A DNA stretch of 64,000 nucleotides from Callorhinchus milii (GCF_018977255.1 NW_024704742.1:73224001-73288000); one strand, 5' to 3'; positions 1-14,300 are shown, numbered from the stretch's first letter. The notes: a model not told the origin generated them from the letters alone. Translations and numbers: made by a program.

Positions 1-861
1 TTTCTTTCTTTTTCTTAGCAATTTCTATTCCAATATTCTTGTAGTAATATGTTGTGAGAAACATTCTGATTGAAACTTTCTTGTATTGCTTAGCTTTGAA
101 CTGCTGTTTACTGCTCCATTACCAGAAGTGAGCATTTTTCTTTGTTTTCCTGCCAACATCCATAATTCTTTTGGGACTTTCCAAAATTGGATCTCTTTTC
201 ATCCAGTTCAGTACTCGAGATGAAGCATTTTGCGATGTCCAACTGCACAAAGATAAAACAAGAATGTTAATACTGTGCTTGTTTAATCTGAGGGACTGTT
301 GTTTACTGCTCGTTTTACCCAGTGATACTCAAAAATGTGTGTGTATGGACAGCAGATTGATCAGATTTGCAATCTACTGCCCCCTCCTCCCCATCAAGTA
401 GCTCTATTTGATATCTAAGCACTGGAGGATAATTAGCATCTGTGAAACCATTTCTTAATGTAAGACAGTGCCTTCAAGAAAGAGAAAACTTTAATGCTTT
501 TTGAAAACTAGGGCTCTTGAATAGATTTGTCTGAGTGATGAACTTGTAGAGGTATATGAGATACTAAATAGGATTGAGCTAGTAAACCCAGAACATTACT
601 TTTAGATATGTAAAGGGCAGGATAAGAGGACATAAGGTTCATGCTTGTGAAGGGCAATTTTAGAATAAAGCAGTGAAGTATTTCTTTATCCAAAGGGTAA
701 TTAACAGCTGGAAGTTTGGATGCTGTAGTTGTTTNAAAAAAAGTTTGATTCTGCAATGAAAAAATTGTAGAATATAATAGAATATAATCTAAAAGGAGGT
801 CAAATGAGCAGAAGGCCTTTGTCCATATTTCTTGCGATCTTGTTTTTTTTACTTATCTGAC

Positions 862-1212
862 TATAAAAGTACTGTATATGCAGAGGGAGCATATAGATAT
901 AGAAGGGGACCAAGGACAGAGCCCTGAGGAACGCCGCACGAGACTGTGCGGGGGCTAGAGGAGAAGCCATTTGTGGAGATGAAGTGGAGGCGGTGTGAGA
1001 GGTACGATCTGAACCAGTCAAGGACAAAGCCGTGAAGGTCGAGGTAAGAGGAGAGGCGGTGGATGAAGATAGAGTAGTCGACGGTGTTGAAGGCAGCAGA
1101 GAGGACGAGGAGGCACAGGGAGCCCTGGTCACAGATGGACAGAATTTCATTTGTCACTTTGGCCGGGGCTGTTTCTGTGCTGCGGGCGGCACAGAAACCT
1201 GATTGGAGGGGT
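862..1212 (-). mobile_element. L2 RT fragment
   Basis: [34 protein letters not shown]; close match to 33730-34060. Confidence 0.9.
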
Positions 1213-1296
1213 AAAACATAGTAAGCAGACATGCCTGCTTCTTAATTCTTCTATTTTATCACTGTTTCTAATTAAATCTTCTTCTGTGGTCTACAG

Positions 1297-1511
1297 TTGT
1301 AGAATGGTTACGATTACTGCCTTTTCTTGGAGTTCTTGCATTGCTTGGATACCTAGCAATTCGGCCCTTCATTCATCGAAAGAAACAACAGAAAGACAGC
1401 TTGATTAATCTAAAAATTCAGAAGGAAAATCCCAAAGTGGTAAATGAAATAAACATTGAAGATCTGCATCTCACCAAAGCAGCCTACTGCAGGTGTTGGC
1501 GCTCAAAAACG
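1297..1511 (+). CDS. CISD2: CISD2 exon 2 (215 bp)
   Basis: ctacag|TTGTAGAATGG ... AAAACG|gtatgt. Confidence 0.95.
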
Positions 1512-3061
1512 GTATGTCATTGGAGGGATTTGGGGGTAGATTGCAGGAGGTTGCATTTTATTATGATTAATAAAAATCCTTGGATTTCATATAGTGCAAT
1601 TCTGGAGGACATTCTGGAGTGCTTCATAGGATATGCTGTCAAGTGTAATGATTATTTTGTAGGCAAACGTTTAAAACTTCTGTAGATTAATATCTCCCTA
1701 GTTTCCCACAGCGGATTAACATATTGTGTGATGAAGTTCAAACTAGTTCAATGAGTAGCAAGCCTACATACCTTATCTTGTTCTTTAGAAATGTGGTTTA
1801 TCGTTCAAAATCAAGTGTTTAAGAACATTTTTTAAAATGATTTTCCATTTCATGTATGAACTGAGATATCACGTCAGTAGATGGTTTCAAGTGGGGAATA
1901 TGACAGCTAAGCCCAATCAAATACTTTATTTAATTTACAGTTCTTTAGGTAGCAACTGATTAATGTTAATGCTGGATACATTTTTCTTTTTACTCCTTCC
2001 TCATAGCACTAACTAGGACCTTTTTGGTCTGTGTGATTATGAGATCCAGTTTTGTGTTTATTATGTTCACTGATTTGCAGACATTCATTACTGGGGATAA
2101 TACAGTAGCAGATTACCATTTTATGGGGTATGAGAGGTGGAGAGGGCATTAGGAGAGATAGTGGCTCACTTGGAGTAAAACATACTGGCATGGACTAGTG
2201 TAGTTGGGCTAAATGGCCTGTTTTGGTGCTATACAGCATGTAATTGTCATAAATTAGGAAGGTCTCTCCCCAAAATAAAAAGCAACATGGAAATTGTATT
2301 TCCCTCAAAAAGGAAGGCATTCTCCCTATCTGCCCCCAATTTTGTCCCATTAAGGCTCACAAAGTTTGCCAGTGGGATTATAGATATAGTGATTTTTTTA
2401 AAAAATACTCACCCTGTAGAGTGCACTTGCCAGATCTTGGGTAAGCCTAATTTGATGTGACCATTTAACCTCTTCAGCTCCCTCACTGTTTAGGATATTT
2501 ACAGACTTAAAGCATGTAATTTTGAAAGTGCTAAAAATGTGATGCGTTATCTTCTGGTGTTGCAATTATCACGGTTTCTATTGAATTTCATTATTCATGC
2601 GATTAAGGAGTTTTTATTTAAATCAAATGCTTCCAAATTATTGGTCCAGTGCCCGGTGATAGTAAGATAATGCAAAACTGGCAAAGTACTGCAGACGCTG
2701 GAAATCTGGTGTAAACACAGAAGTCGCTGAAAACACGCAGTAGGTCAGGTAGCATCCAAGGAGCGGTGCAGTATAAATGTGGTTGTGCAGTATACTAGTG
2801 TTCCCTGTTACGACTATAGAGCCATGGAAATGGCAGCACAGAATAAGGCCATTTGGCCCATTGTATCAAGTATTATCACAAATTGTGGAATATCTGGTTC
2901 TACATTTAAGCATGAACTATCCTAACCTTTTCTAGAATTTGACTGACTGCCATATTTGTTTTCTTTTATAGTTTCCTGTTTGTGATGGGTCACATAACAA
3001 ACACAATGAGCTGACTGGCGACAATGTGGGTCCACTGATAATCAGGAAGAAAGAAGTATAA
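1297..3061 (+). CDS. CISD2: CDGSH iron-sulfur domain protein 2 (NAF-1/Miner1), last two coding exons; exon 1 lies upstream of the window
   Basis: Exons 1297-1511 and 2972-3061 splice (AG/GT) to ..VEWLRLLPFLGVLALLGYLAIRPFIHRKKQQKDSLINLKIQKENPKVVNEINIEDLHLTKAAYCRCWRSKT|FPVCDGSHNKHNELTGDNVGPLIIRKKEV*. CDGSH [2Fe-2S] motif and C-terminal KKxx ER-retrieval signal are intact. Confidence 0.97.
2972..3061 (+). CDS. CISD2: CISD2 exon 3 coding part (90 bp incl. TAA)
   Basis: ttttatag|TTTCCTGTTTGTGATGGGTCACAT ... GTATAA. Confidence 0.95.
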   Translation, partial: FPVCDGSHNKHNELTGDNVGPLIIRKKEV

Positions 3062-3156
3062 CTTATTTTATTAGGCTTTTCTTTAATTCATGACCTAAAC
3101 TGTTCAATTTGTGATGTATCTAAAATTTGTATACAGTAATTGTAAACTTACAGATT

Positions 3157-3467
3157 AATAATAATAATAATCTTTGCATTTGATATAGCGCTTTTCACGT
3201 CTGGACAAAGCGCTTCTCAGAACACACTGTAAAGTGAATTGACTGTATATTTGTGGGCGAACGCGGCAGCCAATTGCGCACAGCAATGTCCCACAAACAC
3301 CCGTAGATTGAAAATGACCAATTTATTATTGTTTTTTTGTTTTGGAGGGATTATTATTAGGCGTGTGGAGCAAGGAAACTTGCCCAAAGTTTCGCCCTCT
3401 GCCTGGAATTGAACTCTGGTCTCTCGCTTGCAAAGCGAGTGCTCTAACCACTGAGCTACAGTACTCC
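3157..3467 (-). mobile_element. tRNA-headed SINE family A, short form, in the presumed CISD2 3' UTR
   Basis: tRNA A/B-box head, TTGGGCAAGTTTCCTT segment, Deu-like 3' body, L2-type tail, (ATT)n. Confidence 0.9.
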
Positions 3468-3604
3468 ACTAATTATGTGCCTTTACAGTTTGTATAGTTA
3501 AAATTGTAAAGCTGTTAGGCATTACTGGAATTAAATCTAGTGTAATTTGCCAAGATGTATAGAAAAGTCTAAATTTGTTTGAATTGTCTTATCACGATTA
3601 TAAA

Positions 3605-3610
3605 AATAAA
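3605..3610 (+). promoter_or_regulatory. candidate CISD2 polyadenylation signal AATAAA
   Basis: First AATAAA seen after the stop codon; another lies near 4455, so usage is uncertain. Confidence 0.4.
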
Positions 3611-4109
3611 TCTAAGCTATCTGTGACCTATTCCTGGTGCTTGTACTTTCTTACTGAGTGACTTCTGAAATTGACTTTTTTTGAACACAGCATCTCTGAC
3701 TCGGTTTAGTCTCATCTGAGATACAGTATACTAGAACCAGTGATTAATTACTATGTAACTGAAATTATTTCGCTTGCTGCTAAAGTAGCATGTATACAAA
3801 TGTCACATGTAACATAACTAATTCTCTCCATGTACATGTCATACTTTCATCAAACAATGTGGGTTTATCCACAAAATAGGATTTGCATTTTGGCAGCAGT
3901 GAAAAGGCACAACATGCTACCCCAATAGTTTGCAATCATTGCTGCTTCCTCTGCCCCAACCAGCTTAGCATAATTAAAGATTAGAAGTGAAAGATTTGTT
4001 GAATGGCAGCAAATATGTACACAGCGACTTTAGTTCAGTTTCAGTGAAGGATACCATTGTAATATGTCTTTGCACTTGCTAAGATTTTGATCAATTGACC
4101 AACATGAAG

Positions 4110-4682
4110 CCTGCTTGCCTTTCTGCCCCCACTCTTTGGAACTCCATTCCACAATTCTCTGCCTTGAACCACCCTCCCTGCCTCGACAATACCAACCCCC
4201 ATCTCGGGTCTAAATCCCTTACTGTCCTGTGCCTTGGGACATCCTCCTGATGTGAAAGGCACTGTACAAATGTAATTTTGTTTTTTTTTGTTAGCAGAAG
4301 ACATTTTACCATCAAAATGAGGCAAACTTGAAGGATTTTAATAAGCACCAATTATTATTCTACTGAAATGTAATAATTGTTACAAACCTACCCAAGTTTT
4401 ATTTTATTGATGATCTGTGACATTTAAGTACATAAAAGCCATCTAAAGTTCAAAAATAAATATACAAGCATATTATTGCATTTAGTGCAATTCACTCAGC
4501 CATGTACATTTTACTACATTTTTCTCTTTGACCGTGTTTTCAGCTCCCCTCTCGACTCTCTACCCCCTCCTCGCTCCCTCCCTTCCCTCACCATTTCCCC
4601 CCTGCTCGGGTCCTGACCCAACTGTACAGCACCTTGGGACGTCCTCCCGACGTGAAAGGGAGGAATGGAATCTTGTTGTTGT
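4110..4682 (+). mobile_element. two L2 3'-end fragments (~4110-4290 and 4528-4682)
   Basis: CCTTGGGACGTCCTCCCGACGTGAAAGG tail + (TTG)n; 4528-4682 matches 32374-32540. Confidence 0.8.
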
Positions 4683-6769
4683 ACAGGGAGTTATTTACAT
4701 GTTTTCCAAATGTGATATTGCAAACACGGCAGCCAATTGTGCACAGCAGTGTCCCACAAACAGTCGTGCATTGAAGTGACCAATTAATTATTGTTTTTTC
4801 TGTTATATTAAAAATACCTACCAACTGTTGGGTAGGTATTTTGAATATACAATCCAGCATTGTATTTTTACTGAGGTTCATTGATGTTTGTAAAAATAGT
4901 TATTTGATGCCCAATGTTAAAAACAAATTTACCTCTGTTTATGTTGGTGGGTTTATCTCTGTCTCAGTTTGCTTTTCAACTTAGTGGGCAAGTTCATTTA
5001 CTCTAATACAAGTTGTAATCAAACTGAGAATTTTTTTCATGGGGCAATTTATAATACACACATATGCTGGTTTATTTAGCTTGATACAAACCACACTACT
5101 TGACAATCTATGAAAGGTGTACATTAAACTCAAACTGTAAACTACCACCACCAACTGCACAGAATCGTGTGCCCGAACCATTCACTGTTTATCATAGTGC
5201 ATTACTGCTAGCAGTGACCCACTGCAGACTCTTCAGTTACAGCATAAATAAAGTTTCAAGCCTAGAACTGCAGTTGTCAATGGTTAATAGATGATCATGT
5301 TCTGCTGCCAGATTCACACCTCTATACTTGAATAGAAAGTTCCACTTGCCTGTGTTTGCAAATCTCTCCATGGCCTTGCCTCTTACCACCCACCCTGCCA
5401 TTGGTAGATGAGTTTACAGCCATCCTGCTCGCTGGAACTCTATCCCAGAGTCCCCTCCCCGCCATCTGCCTTCACATCTTTTCAACTCTGCTTTTGTTCA
5501 CCTCACCCACCCCCCTCCCTCTCCTCCACTGCCCCTTTCTTCAGCTGGCCCCATTCCCAGCTAGTTCTCCCAGTCAGCTGTATGTGAATCGCTTTCAGTT
5601 ATGCTGCCACTGAAAGGAACTCTATAAATGTAAAATTGTTGCCTTAATCATTATCACCAGTAAAGGCCAATGGAAGTCAGAAAATGTGTGTGACTCTAGG
5701 ATTGTAATATTTCCTCAGGATGATGTTGCAGCACCTCAGATAGATTGAACTGCAGGTATACCAGTGTACATTGATTCAACATCAGTACAAATTATTTAAT
5801 ATAACAGTACAATTAATTACTTAATATTAATCAGTTTTACATGATAACACAATCTAGAGTATACTAAAAGACTGGTTGAGAAGACATTCCAAGAGTAAAA
5901 GTGAAAGTTGTATTTAAATACAAGCAGATTCTCTCCAGGAGGCTGAATAATGTGGTCTTGTTCATCACTGGTATATATTGATACAGCTATTGCTGAATGT
6001 GTAGTCCTTCCCTGAGCAAGAAGGGTAGCTCCATACACTACTCACTAGAAGACCATGAAGAATCTCAGGTGATTAGCTGGACAGTCAATGTTATTGAGGT
6101 CCTGATCATAACAATCTAGTGTGCATGCCTGGTTTTATATAAAACTCCATTTCCACTTTTCACAAAATGTCTCCTTTTAAAAACGTTTTATAGTAATAAC
6201 TTGTCACAAACTAGGTAGTATTTTTTACTAAGTAAATGGGAAATTACTTTTTTTTTAAAAGAGATTCCAAACTGATTATTGATGACAAAGAAATAAAATT
6301 GTACTACACCTTTAATAATGATCGAGTTCACACAGATTTTTACCAAGTTTAGATTTTTTTATCTATACAAGATAAACATTTAAACAAAAGTATCACCAGC
6401 TCTGTTTGACCCACAACCTAATTGGCCTACGTTGTGTAGAATTCCTTTCCCACATCTGTTTACATATACTATACAATATGCATTAATTTTGCTCATCAAT
6501 TTTCTCCCCCCTCTTTAGAAGGCAGACATTGCCTTCTATCCAGTACCCCTACCAAATGGTCATTGACAGGTGTAAACCTTGGTAATGAGTTTTGCCAGGC
6601 TATTTAATAACATAAGATTTGCTAAGCGAAAGGAGACCAAGGTCCATCTTGTTCATAGGAACAGGAGTAGGTCCTTCAGCCCTTTGAGCCTGTATTGTCA
6701 TTTAATTAGATCATGGCTGATCTGTACCTCAACTAATCCTTTCAATTCCAATTTCCCGCTTTCTCCCCG

Positions 6770-7290
6770 TATGCATTAATACCCTGACCTACCAAAAATC
6801 AGTTCACCTTCCACCATCCTGGCAGTCACTTGACATGTCGTGTCCCAGACTACACTGTATCCTAAGATATTATTTTCTAGCAGAAATCTATCTAATTTGT
6901 TCTTGAAGCAAATTACATTTTCTGCTTCCACTGTCTGCCTAGGGAACCTGTTCCATAAGTTTACTACTCTCACTGAAATAGTGTTTCCGCAGATTTGTTC
7001 TGAATTTACCCCCTTTCAGTCGTAGGCAGGTTCCTCTGGTTCTACTGTTCAGCGCAAGGTAAAACAGCTTGTCATGGTCTACATTATCTATTCCCTTCTG
7101 AATCTTTAAAGGCCGTAATCATATCGCCCCTAAACTTTCTCTTCTCCAGTGTAAACTTGCCCAGTTTATGTAATCACTCCTTGTAGTCCAGTCCCTCCAT
7201 CCCCTCAATAATTTTGGTTGCCCTCCTATGTATCCTCTCAATCGCTGCAATATCCTTTTTATATTGCAGTGACCAGAACTGCAACACAAT
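6770..7290 (-). mobile_element. CR1 LINE 3' fragment
   Basis: RVVNLWNRFPRQTVEAENVICFKNKLDRFL. Confidence 0.85.
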
Positions 7291-8134
7291 GAAACCATGA
7301 AAGGGAAGGATTAAAAAAGTCAGGATTTCTGTTGCTGATCACAAGCTGTTCAGTGACTCCTGGAAAGTGCAACATCTGACACTGTTGGCTCTCATTCCAT
7401 GATGCATGAGACGTCCTCCTGACGTGAAAGGCGCTATACAAATGTAATCTTGTTCTTTTTGTTGTAGCCATGGCTTAATGACACTTGCTGTTGAAAGACC
7501 ACGTAGGGGAGGCTTCTAAGATCAGTCAACACTCATGGAGGAAGAGAGAAAAGGAGTCATGAACAAAATAACACTGGTGTCACTTAACTGCCCAAAGGTG
7601 TAAGGAAGGAAGAAAAGAAAAATCTCTCTTGAGGAAAGGAAGTCTGAATAAAGAGCAACTTACCAAAGGCCTCTGATGACATTCAAGTGGCTGGTTGATA
7701 CAGTAAATAAGCAGGGCAACTGATTGTCACAGAAAATAATTCTGAAGGTTAATTGTAAACATATCATATAAACATTTTAAAAATTAGAAATACTTCATAG
7801 ATCTGTGAATAAATAACAGTTCCACTATTCAAAACATATATTTATGTAAATATGAGGGTTTAAAAAAATCTCCATCATGTACAATCAATAAAAAAGCACA
7901 TATTTAAAAAAACCATTCATTGTCTATTCATAGAATTATTTTTCTAAGGAATTGTTGAAATATATTGAAGCGATGCTTTGGTGAATATTCAAACTGCATC
8001 TTCCAATTCTTGACTATTTTCATCCAGTGGTATATCTTGGTATTCGTCTGTACCTATAGAACATATAAACCAAGGCTTTGAAACTCAATATCATTTAATA
8101 ATTATCTGGTGAGGAGCTTAATTTACCAAAAGGT

Positions 8135-8344
8135 TTAAGTCTTACCTGCTTCTCGGTTATTTGGTGCCATTTGATTTGATTTTTGTAGTAATCTTGGTCC
8201 TGCCAAGCTAATAATAACTGCTCCCACTGGAGCAGTCAAGAGGATCGAAAGAAAGGCCACAGTGAGAACAGTCATACCAAACTCTTCTGAAATCATGTCG
8301 TTTCGTACTCGTGCTGTGTCCAAAGCTGTGGATCCAATGGCAGC
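8135..8344 (-). CDS. SLC9B2: SLC9B2 last coding exon (210 bp incl. TAA)
   Basis: [69 protein letters not shown]. Confidence 0.93.
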   Translation of the reverse strand, partial: AAIGSTALDTARVRNDMISEEFGMTVLTVAFLSILLTAPVGAVIISLAGPRLLQKSNQMAPNNREAGKT

Positions 8345-11300
8345 CTATCCAAGCACCACAAAAAAAGGTTAATGTCAGCACCCCCAACAACGCAGTGAGC
8401 CCTCAGCAGTTCATCAGATTGCCAGCCTAGACTATGAGTTAAAATTCCCAACATAGAGCTTGAAAGTCATGTAAAAGTGTAACACAAGTAACCAAAAATG
8501 ATTGATATTTACAGATTTCTAAACATTATCCTCACACTAGTTTCAAGTGAGTCTCTCATGATTGTAGTCACTGAGGCAAATCCTTTCTTTAGCAAGCTTC
8601 TTGGAGGAGATTCATTACACAGTAAGATATCAATGCTTAAGTCAAATTGGCAGAGGACACAAGTCAGATGGACTATGGAATCAGGAGGCAACAAAGGTCC
8701 TACAAAGAGGTCTTGATAGAGTATTGCATGGGCTGATAATTTGCAAATGAAGTTTAATACTGATAAACACAAAGTACCACATATAGGATCCAAGAATAGG
8801 AAACAGATGTACTCCATGGATGGGACTGAACTTGCCAAGGGGAAGCTGAAAGAGATCTACATCTAGATGGGTAAGTTGACTCGTCACTTACTATGTCAAA
8901 AAAAGGTGTATGGCAGCAATGAACAAGGCAAACAGGATGCTGGGCTAGATTACTAAATCAGTTGAATTTAGAGTTGAGACATCATTCTCAAGATGTACAC
9001 AGCTCTGGTCAGACCACACCTTGAATACTGCATATGAGCATAAGAGCACCAGACCCTAGAGATGGTGCAGAGGACAGCTATGAGGATGATTCCCAGTATT
9101 AAAGGAATGAGCTATGAGCTGGGCCAATAGAAAAGTGCGGACATTTTAAAAGCGAAGCGCTTTACAACTCTTGCGGGATACTGTGTCGAGTTTTGCTAAA
9201 TTTTGCGGGAAAATTGTGAAGGGGCACGCACACTCAAAGACACAGGGAGACACAAACACACTCAGAGGCACACGCACAGAGACAGAGAGAAACACAAACA
9301 GACAGAGACACACGCACACTCAGAAATACAGAGAGACACAAACACTCACAGACACAGAGAGTGACACGCACACTCAGCGACATAGAGAGACAGACAGACA
9401 CAGACACAGAGAGAGACACACACAGACACATTTTCAGAGAGAGAGACACACACTCAGACACAAAGAGACATACACACACTGAGACACTCATAAATACATG
9501 CACAAATAAAAGAGGCACGGACACACACAGGCAATCCCAACAGTGGGGCCTCCGAGTGTAGCCCATTTGCCGCTTGCGCTGCACTCCGCATGCGTGCAGG
9601 AGCCACCCCACCCACACTGACGTCAGGTAAACAGTGCGAGCGGCCCACGGGCCAGAAACTACATTGATGACGGGTATGTTGCGGAAAAGGTGTGCCCGCA
9701 GTTTTCTATTGGCCCAAACTAATAGCAACGGTGAGTCAAGCCGGACCTCTTCAGCCTTGAGAGATGACGACTCAGAGGGGATCTCATAGAGGTGTATAAC
9801 ATCTTAAATGGGACTGAAAAAGTAAATCCAGATTAATACTTTAGGATGCAACAAAACAGAAGAACAAGAGGACAACAACAACAAAATTACAACTGTAAAG
9901 CCCCTTTCACGTCGGGAGGACATCCCAAGGCGCTGAACAGTCGGAGATCAGGACCCAAGTGTGAGAGGTCAGGGTTGGGATGAGGGACGGCAGAGAGGTA
10001 GGAGGGCGGCTGAAGGTACGGTTGAAAAGCAGGGTCTTGAGTTGTGCCTTGAAGGAGGCAAGGGAGGGAGCAAGGTGAAGGGATTGTGGGATGGAGTTCC
10101 AGAGTGGGGGGGGCAGAGAGGGTGAAAGCCTGGCCGCCGAAGGAAGGGCGGGTCGGGCGGGAGACCTGGAGCAGGCCGAAGCCTGTTGAGTGGAGGGAGC
10201 GGACAGGTTGATAGGAAGTCAGCAGGTTAGAGATGTAGGACGGGGCGGGGCCGTGCAAGTCTTGAAAGTGAGGACGAGGATTTTGAATTCTATCCTCTGA
10301 TGGATGGGGAGCCAGTGGAACTGGGCGAGGGTGGTTGTGAGGACATGAGCTGCAGAATTCTGGATGTTCTGCTGCTTGTGGAGGGAAGAGTTGGGAAGGC
10401 CAACAAGGAGGACTTAAGAGTTGGAAAGAGCAATTTCAGGACGGATATCAGAAGTGTTTCTTTACTCAGTGGGTAAGCAACAATTGGACCAGTTTGCTAG
10501 TAAAGGTGATGTGAGACCAGGATATTAGACTCAAGCTGTGTCTTCTCCTACACCAAACTCTGTGAGCCTATCACCCCCATCCTCGCCCAACTCCACTGGC
10601 TCCCTATCCCTCAGAGGAGAGAGTTCCAAATCCTAGTCCTTGCTTTCAAAGCCCTCCACAGCCTTGCTCTTCCCTATCTCTGGGGACCTACTAACCTTGT
10701 ACCAACCTTTCCATTCCCACCGCTCAGCAAACTCTGGCTTGCTCCATATCACCCTCTCTGCCTGCCCACCATCGGCGGTCAGACCTTCAGGCTTTCTGTC
10801 CCCATTACTTTTGAAACAACATCCCACGCCTTGCACCCTCCCTTGCCTCCTTCAAGGCCCATCTTAAGACCTTCCTCTTCGACCGTGTCACCCTCCTACC
10901 CCCCACCCTCCCTGCCCTCTACCCCTCCTGATTCCAACTCCCAGCTCGGGTGCAAATCCTTGTCTGTCCAGTGCCTTGAGATGCCCTCCCGATGTGAAAG
11001 GTGCTATAGAAATGTAATTGTTTGTTTGTTTCGACAAGAATGGATCTCTAGAAATGGGATCTACCTGTCCTCAGGCATTTAAATTTATGGTTTGTAGCAC
11101 TTACTTCTGTGGGAATTCATCTCCCAACAGTTCAAGTATTTAGAAAAATAAACAATCCTTGCATTTGATATAGTGCCTTTCACTTTGGGAGGCCGTTTTA
11201 AAGTACTTCACGGATATAATGTAAAGAGTAGTGACTGTAATTTACAGGCAAATGTGGCAGCCAATTTTGTGCACACAAATGTCAGACATATAACCACAAA

Positions 11301-14300
11301 GTAAACAATATTAATAATAATAATAATAATAATCCTTGCATTTGATATAGCGCTTTTCACGTCGGGAGGACGTCCCAAAGCGCTTCACAGAACACACTGT
11401 AAAGTGAATTGACTGTATATTTGTGGGCGAACGCGGCAGCCAATTGCGCACAGCAATGTCCCACAAACAGTCGTAGATTGAAAATGACCAATTTAATTAT
11501 TGTTTTTGGTTTTTTGGAGGGATTATTATTAATCAATTGTATCTGGGGGAATGTTTGCAGGAGACCCGGAAAAACTGCCTCACTTTTCAAATAGTGCCAT
11601 GGGATCTTTAACACCTGAACAGGCAGATGGGACCTTGCTTTAATGTCTCATCCAAATAATGGAACCTTCAACAATGTAGCGTCTCTCCAGCACTGCACTG
11701 GAGTGTCAGCCTGAACTATGTTAGTTCAAAACTTTGAACCCACAACCTTCTTATTAAGAAGTGAGAGCGCTAGCAAGTGAGCCAACGGCACAGGCACGAT
11801 GGGCCGAATGGCCTCCTTCTGTGCTGTATAATTCTATGATTCTATGAATTAACATTAATGACAAACAATCGTGGAGCAGGCAATAACTTAGAAAGTGAGG
11901 TGATAGAAGGAGTCAATCTAACCAAACCGTTTTAGCTGAAGAGACATCACCAGCTTAACCTATTTCTGATTTGAAATGGTTAAAAATGGTTAAAAAGAGT
12001 ACAGTGGGTGGGACAGGTACGGTCAACATCAATGGAAAGGCTGCCTGCGATGGGTAAACCACAGAGGGAATTTATATAGAAGGTAGTGCGGGAGAAGAAC
12101 CTCAAAGGCACAGCATTAAAGTTAAATTTCCATTTGTTGTCATAAATTGTTGATGTTCAAAAGTAAAACCTCTAATTATTAGACACTCACCTGAACTGTA
12201 GCTTTAGGAATCCAGGCCAAAGAAACAAAGATTTTTTCTTTTAAGCTAAACCCAGCACACAGGACCATGAAAAATGTGACAAAGATTCTGATCACAAGGG
12301 CAATAATCAGAGTGGCAATCCCAAGACCTAGGATAACATTGGAAATAATTGAATACCCAAAACAAATATTTTGAAGCAACACTTTGCAATAATCGACAAT
12401 GTTAAAATGATCCTCAGCAGCATTTGAGATTAGAAACTTTTCATTTTGGTGACTGCTTGCCTCAGTTGGAAACATTTTTTGCTTCTAAATTAGAGGCTGT
12501 GGGTTCAAGCCGAAAGTTGGGACTTTGAATATACATAGCATAGGCTTAGAGAGTGCTTCACTGTTCAAAGGGCTGTACTTCATAAGAAATGTTAAACTGA
12601 GGTCCTATCTGCCTTTTAAGGTGGATGTTAAAGATCCCATGGCTCTATTCGAAAATAGAAGGGTGTTTCTTCCGGTGTCCAGGCCAACAATCCCCCAAAT
12701 AAAATTGGTCACTCACTTCATAACTGTTTGTGAGGTATTGCTGTGTGCAAATTGGCTGCCATGCTAGCCTATAAAATATGCAATAATTGAACTTTACAAT
12801 AAATCCTATGAATGATCACCTTGCTCCAATAGCCCACCGCCAGATCTGGCTGGACTGCACCAAAAACCTATTGTTCCACCCTTGCTTCAGCCTAATTGAA
12901 CTTGTACTCCAAGATCATCCTGAAGGTAAAAGACAACCCCAGACTCCTCTTCACCACAAATCAGCTCCTTCGCCCACCTTCGCATGCCGTGCCCATCCTC
13001 TCCTCCAACTCCAAATGCGAGGCGATATGGATTTCTGCAAGCCCCAAATCGAGAGGATCTGCTTTGCTGCCTCGGCCCTTGCTACTGCCACTCCCTCTCC
13101 ACCTCCCTCACTCTCTGGCCTCCATCCATCCCTCCACACCTTCGTCCCATAACTGATCTTGAGGTATAGATCAACCATGATTTTATAAAATGGCAGAACA
13201 GCCACTCCTGTTCCTATGTATCTCTCCCTCTTTCCTATGTCATCTCCTGAATGAAGCCAACCATGTAATCCCTTACACCAATCCCACCCCCTCCCCTGAC
13301 CTCCCAGTTCTACCTCCTTGGCCCGCCCTGCTAACAAACATCATCAAGCTCTCTTTGTCCACCAGCAAAGTTCCCGCCTCCCTCAAAACAGCTGTCATCA
13401 CCCCTCTTCAAAAAACCTTCCCTCGAAGCATCCCTGTTCCCCATGTACAATTTCATCTCCAACCTGCCTTTCCTCTCCAAGGTACTGGAATGGGCATTGC
13501 TTCCCAGTTTCTCTCTTTCCTTTCCCTGCAATCCCTGCATGAACCCCTCTTAATTTAACTACTCATAGCAACACCAAATTGCATTAATATATCACCTTTC
13601 GCATCAGGAGGACATCCCAAGGTGCTGGAGAGTCAAGGGTTTGCCCTAGTACTGGGGGTTGGATTCGGGACCGGTGGGAGCTAAGGGAGGGGAGATAGAG
13701 GGGGAAGATGACCGATGCGATCAGAGAGGAAGGTCTCCAGATGGACCTTAAGGAGGACCTTAATGAGGGAATGGGCGAGTCGGATGGACTCTGGGATGGA
13801 GTTCCAGAATGGGGGCAGATAGGCTGAAAGCCCGACCACTCTGATGGTGGAATAGGCAGGGTGGGGGACATGAAGCAGACCAGTGTCTGCTGAGCGGAGG
13901 GATTCGGTGGGTTTGTAGGATAATATCGGCGGACCGAGAATAGAGCCACAGAACCGAGTCTGCCCTGGTCAAAGTCACCAAACACACCCTCTCCATCTGT
14001 GACCAGGGCTTTCTCAGCTTCCTCATTCTCTTCATCTCTCTGCCACCTTCGACACTATCGACCATTCTACCCTTCTCCACCCCTCTACTCTCACCTTCAT
14101 TGTTCTGCCCTTTCCTGATTTCATTCTTACCTAATCCCAATGTCTCCACTTCATATCTGCCAACAGCTTCTCCTCGCACTATCACATGTGGCATTCCTCA
14201 GGGCTCTAACCTCAGTCTTCCTTTAATATCTACATGCTTCCACTCGGTAATATCTTCCAGGCATGGGGGTTACATCAACATTATGTAAATGACATCCAAT

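Larger units (their letters stand above)
8600..10510 (+). mobile_element. degraded CR1 LINE, split by a MITE (9121-9715) and an L2 (9872-10412)
   Basis: W(A)[25 protein letters not shown]...[16 protein letters not shown]. Confidence 0.82.

Noticed and set aside
5817..6120. Possible relic exon (e.g. a lost SLC9B paralogue) between CISD2 and SLC9B2
   Set aside because: No frame I read resembles SLC9B or another known protein; stops interrupt the frames.
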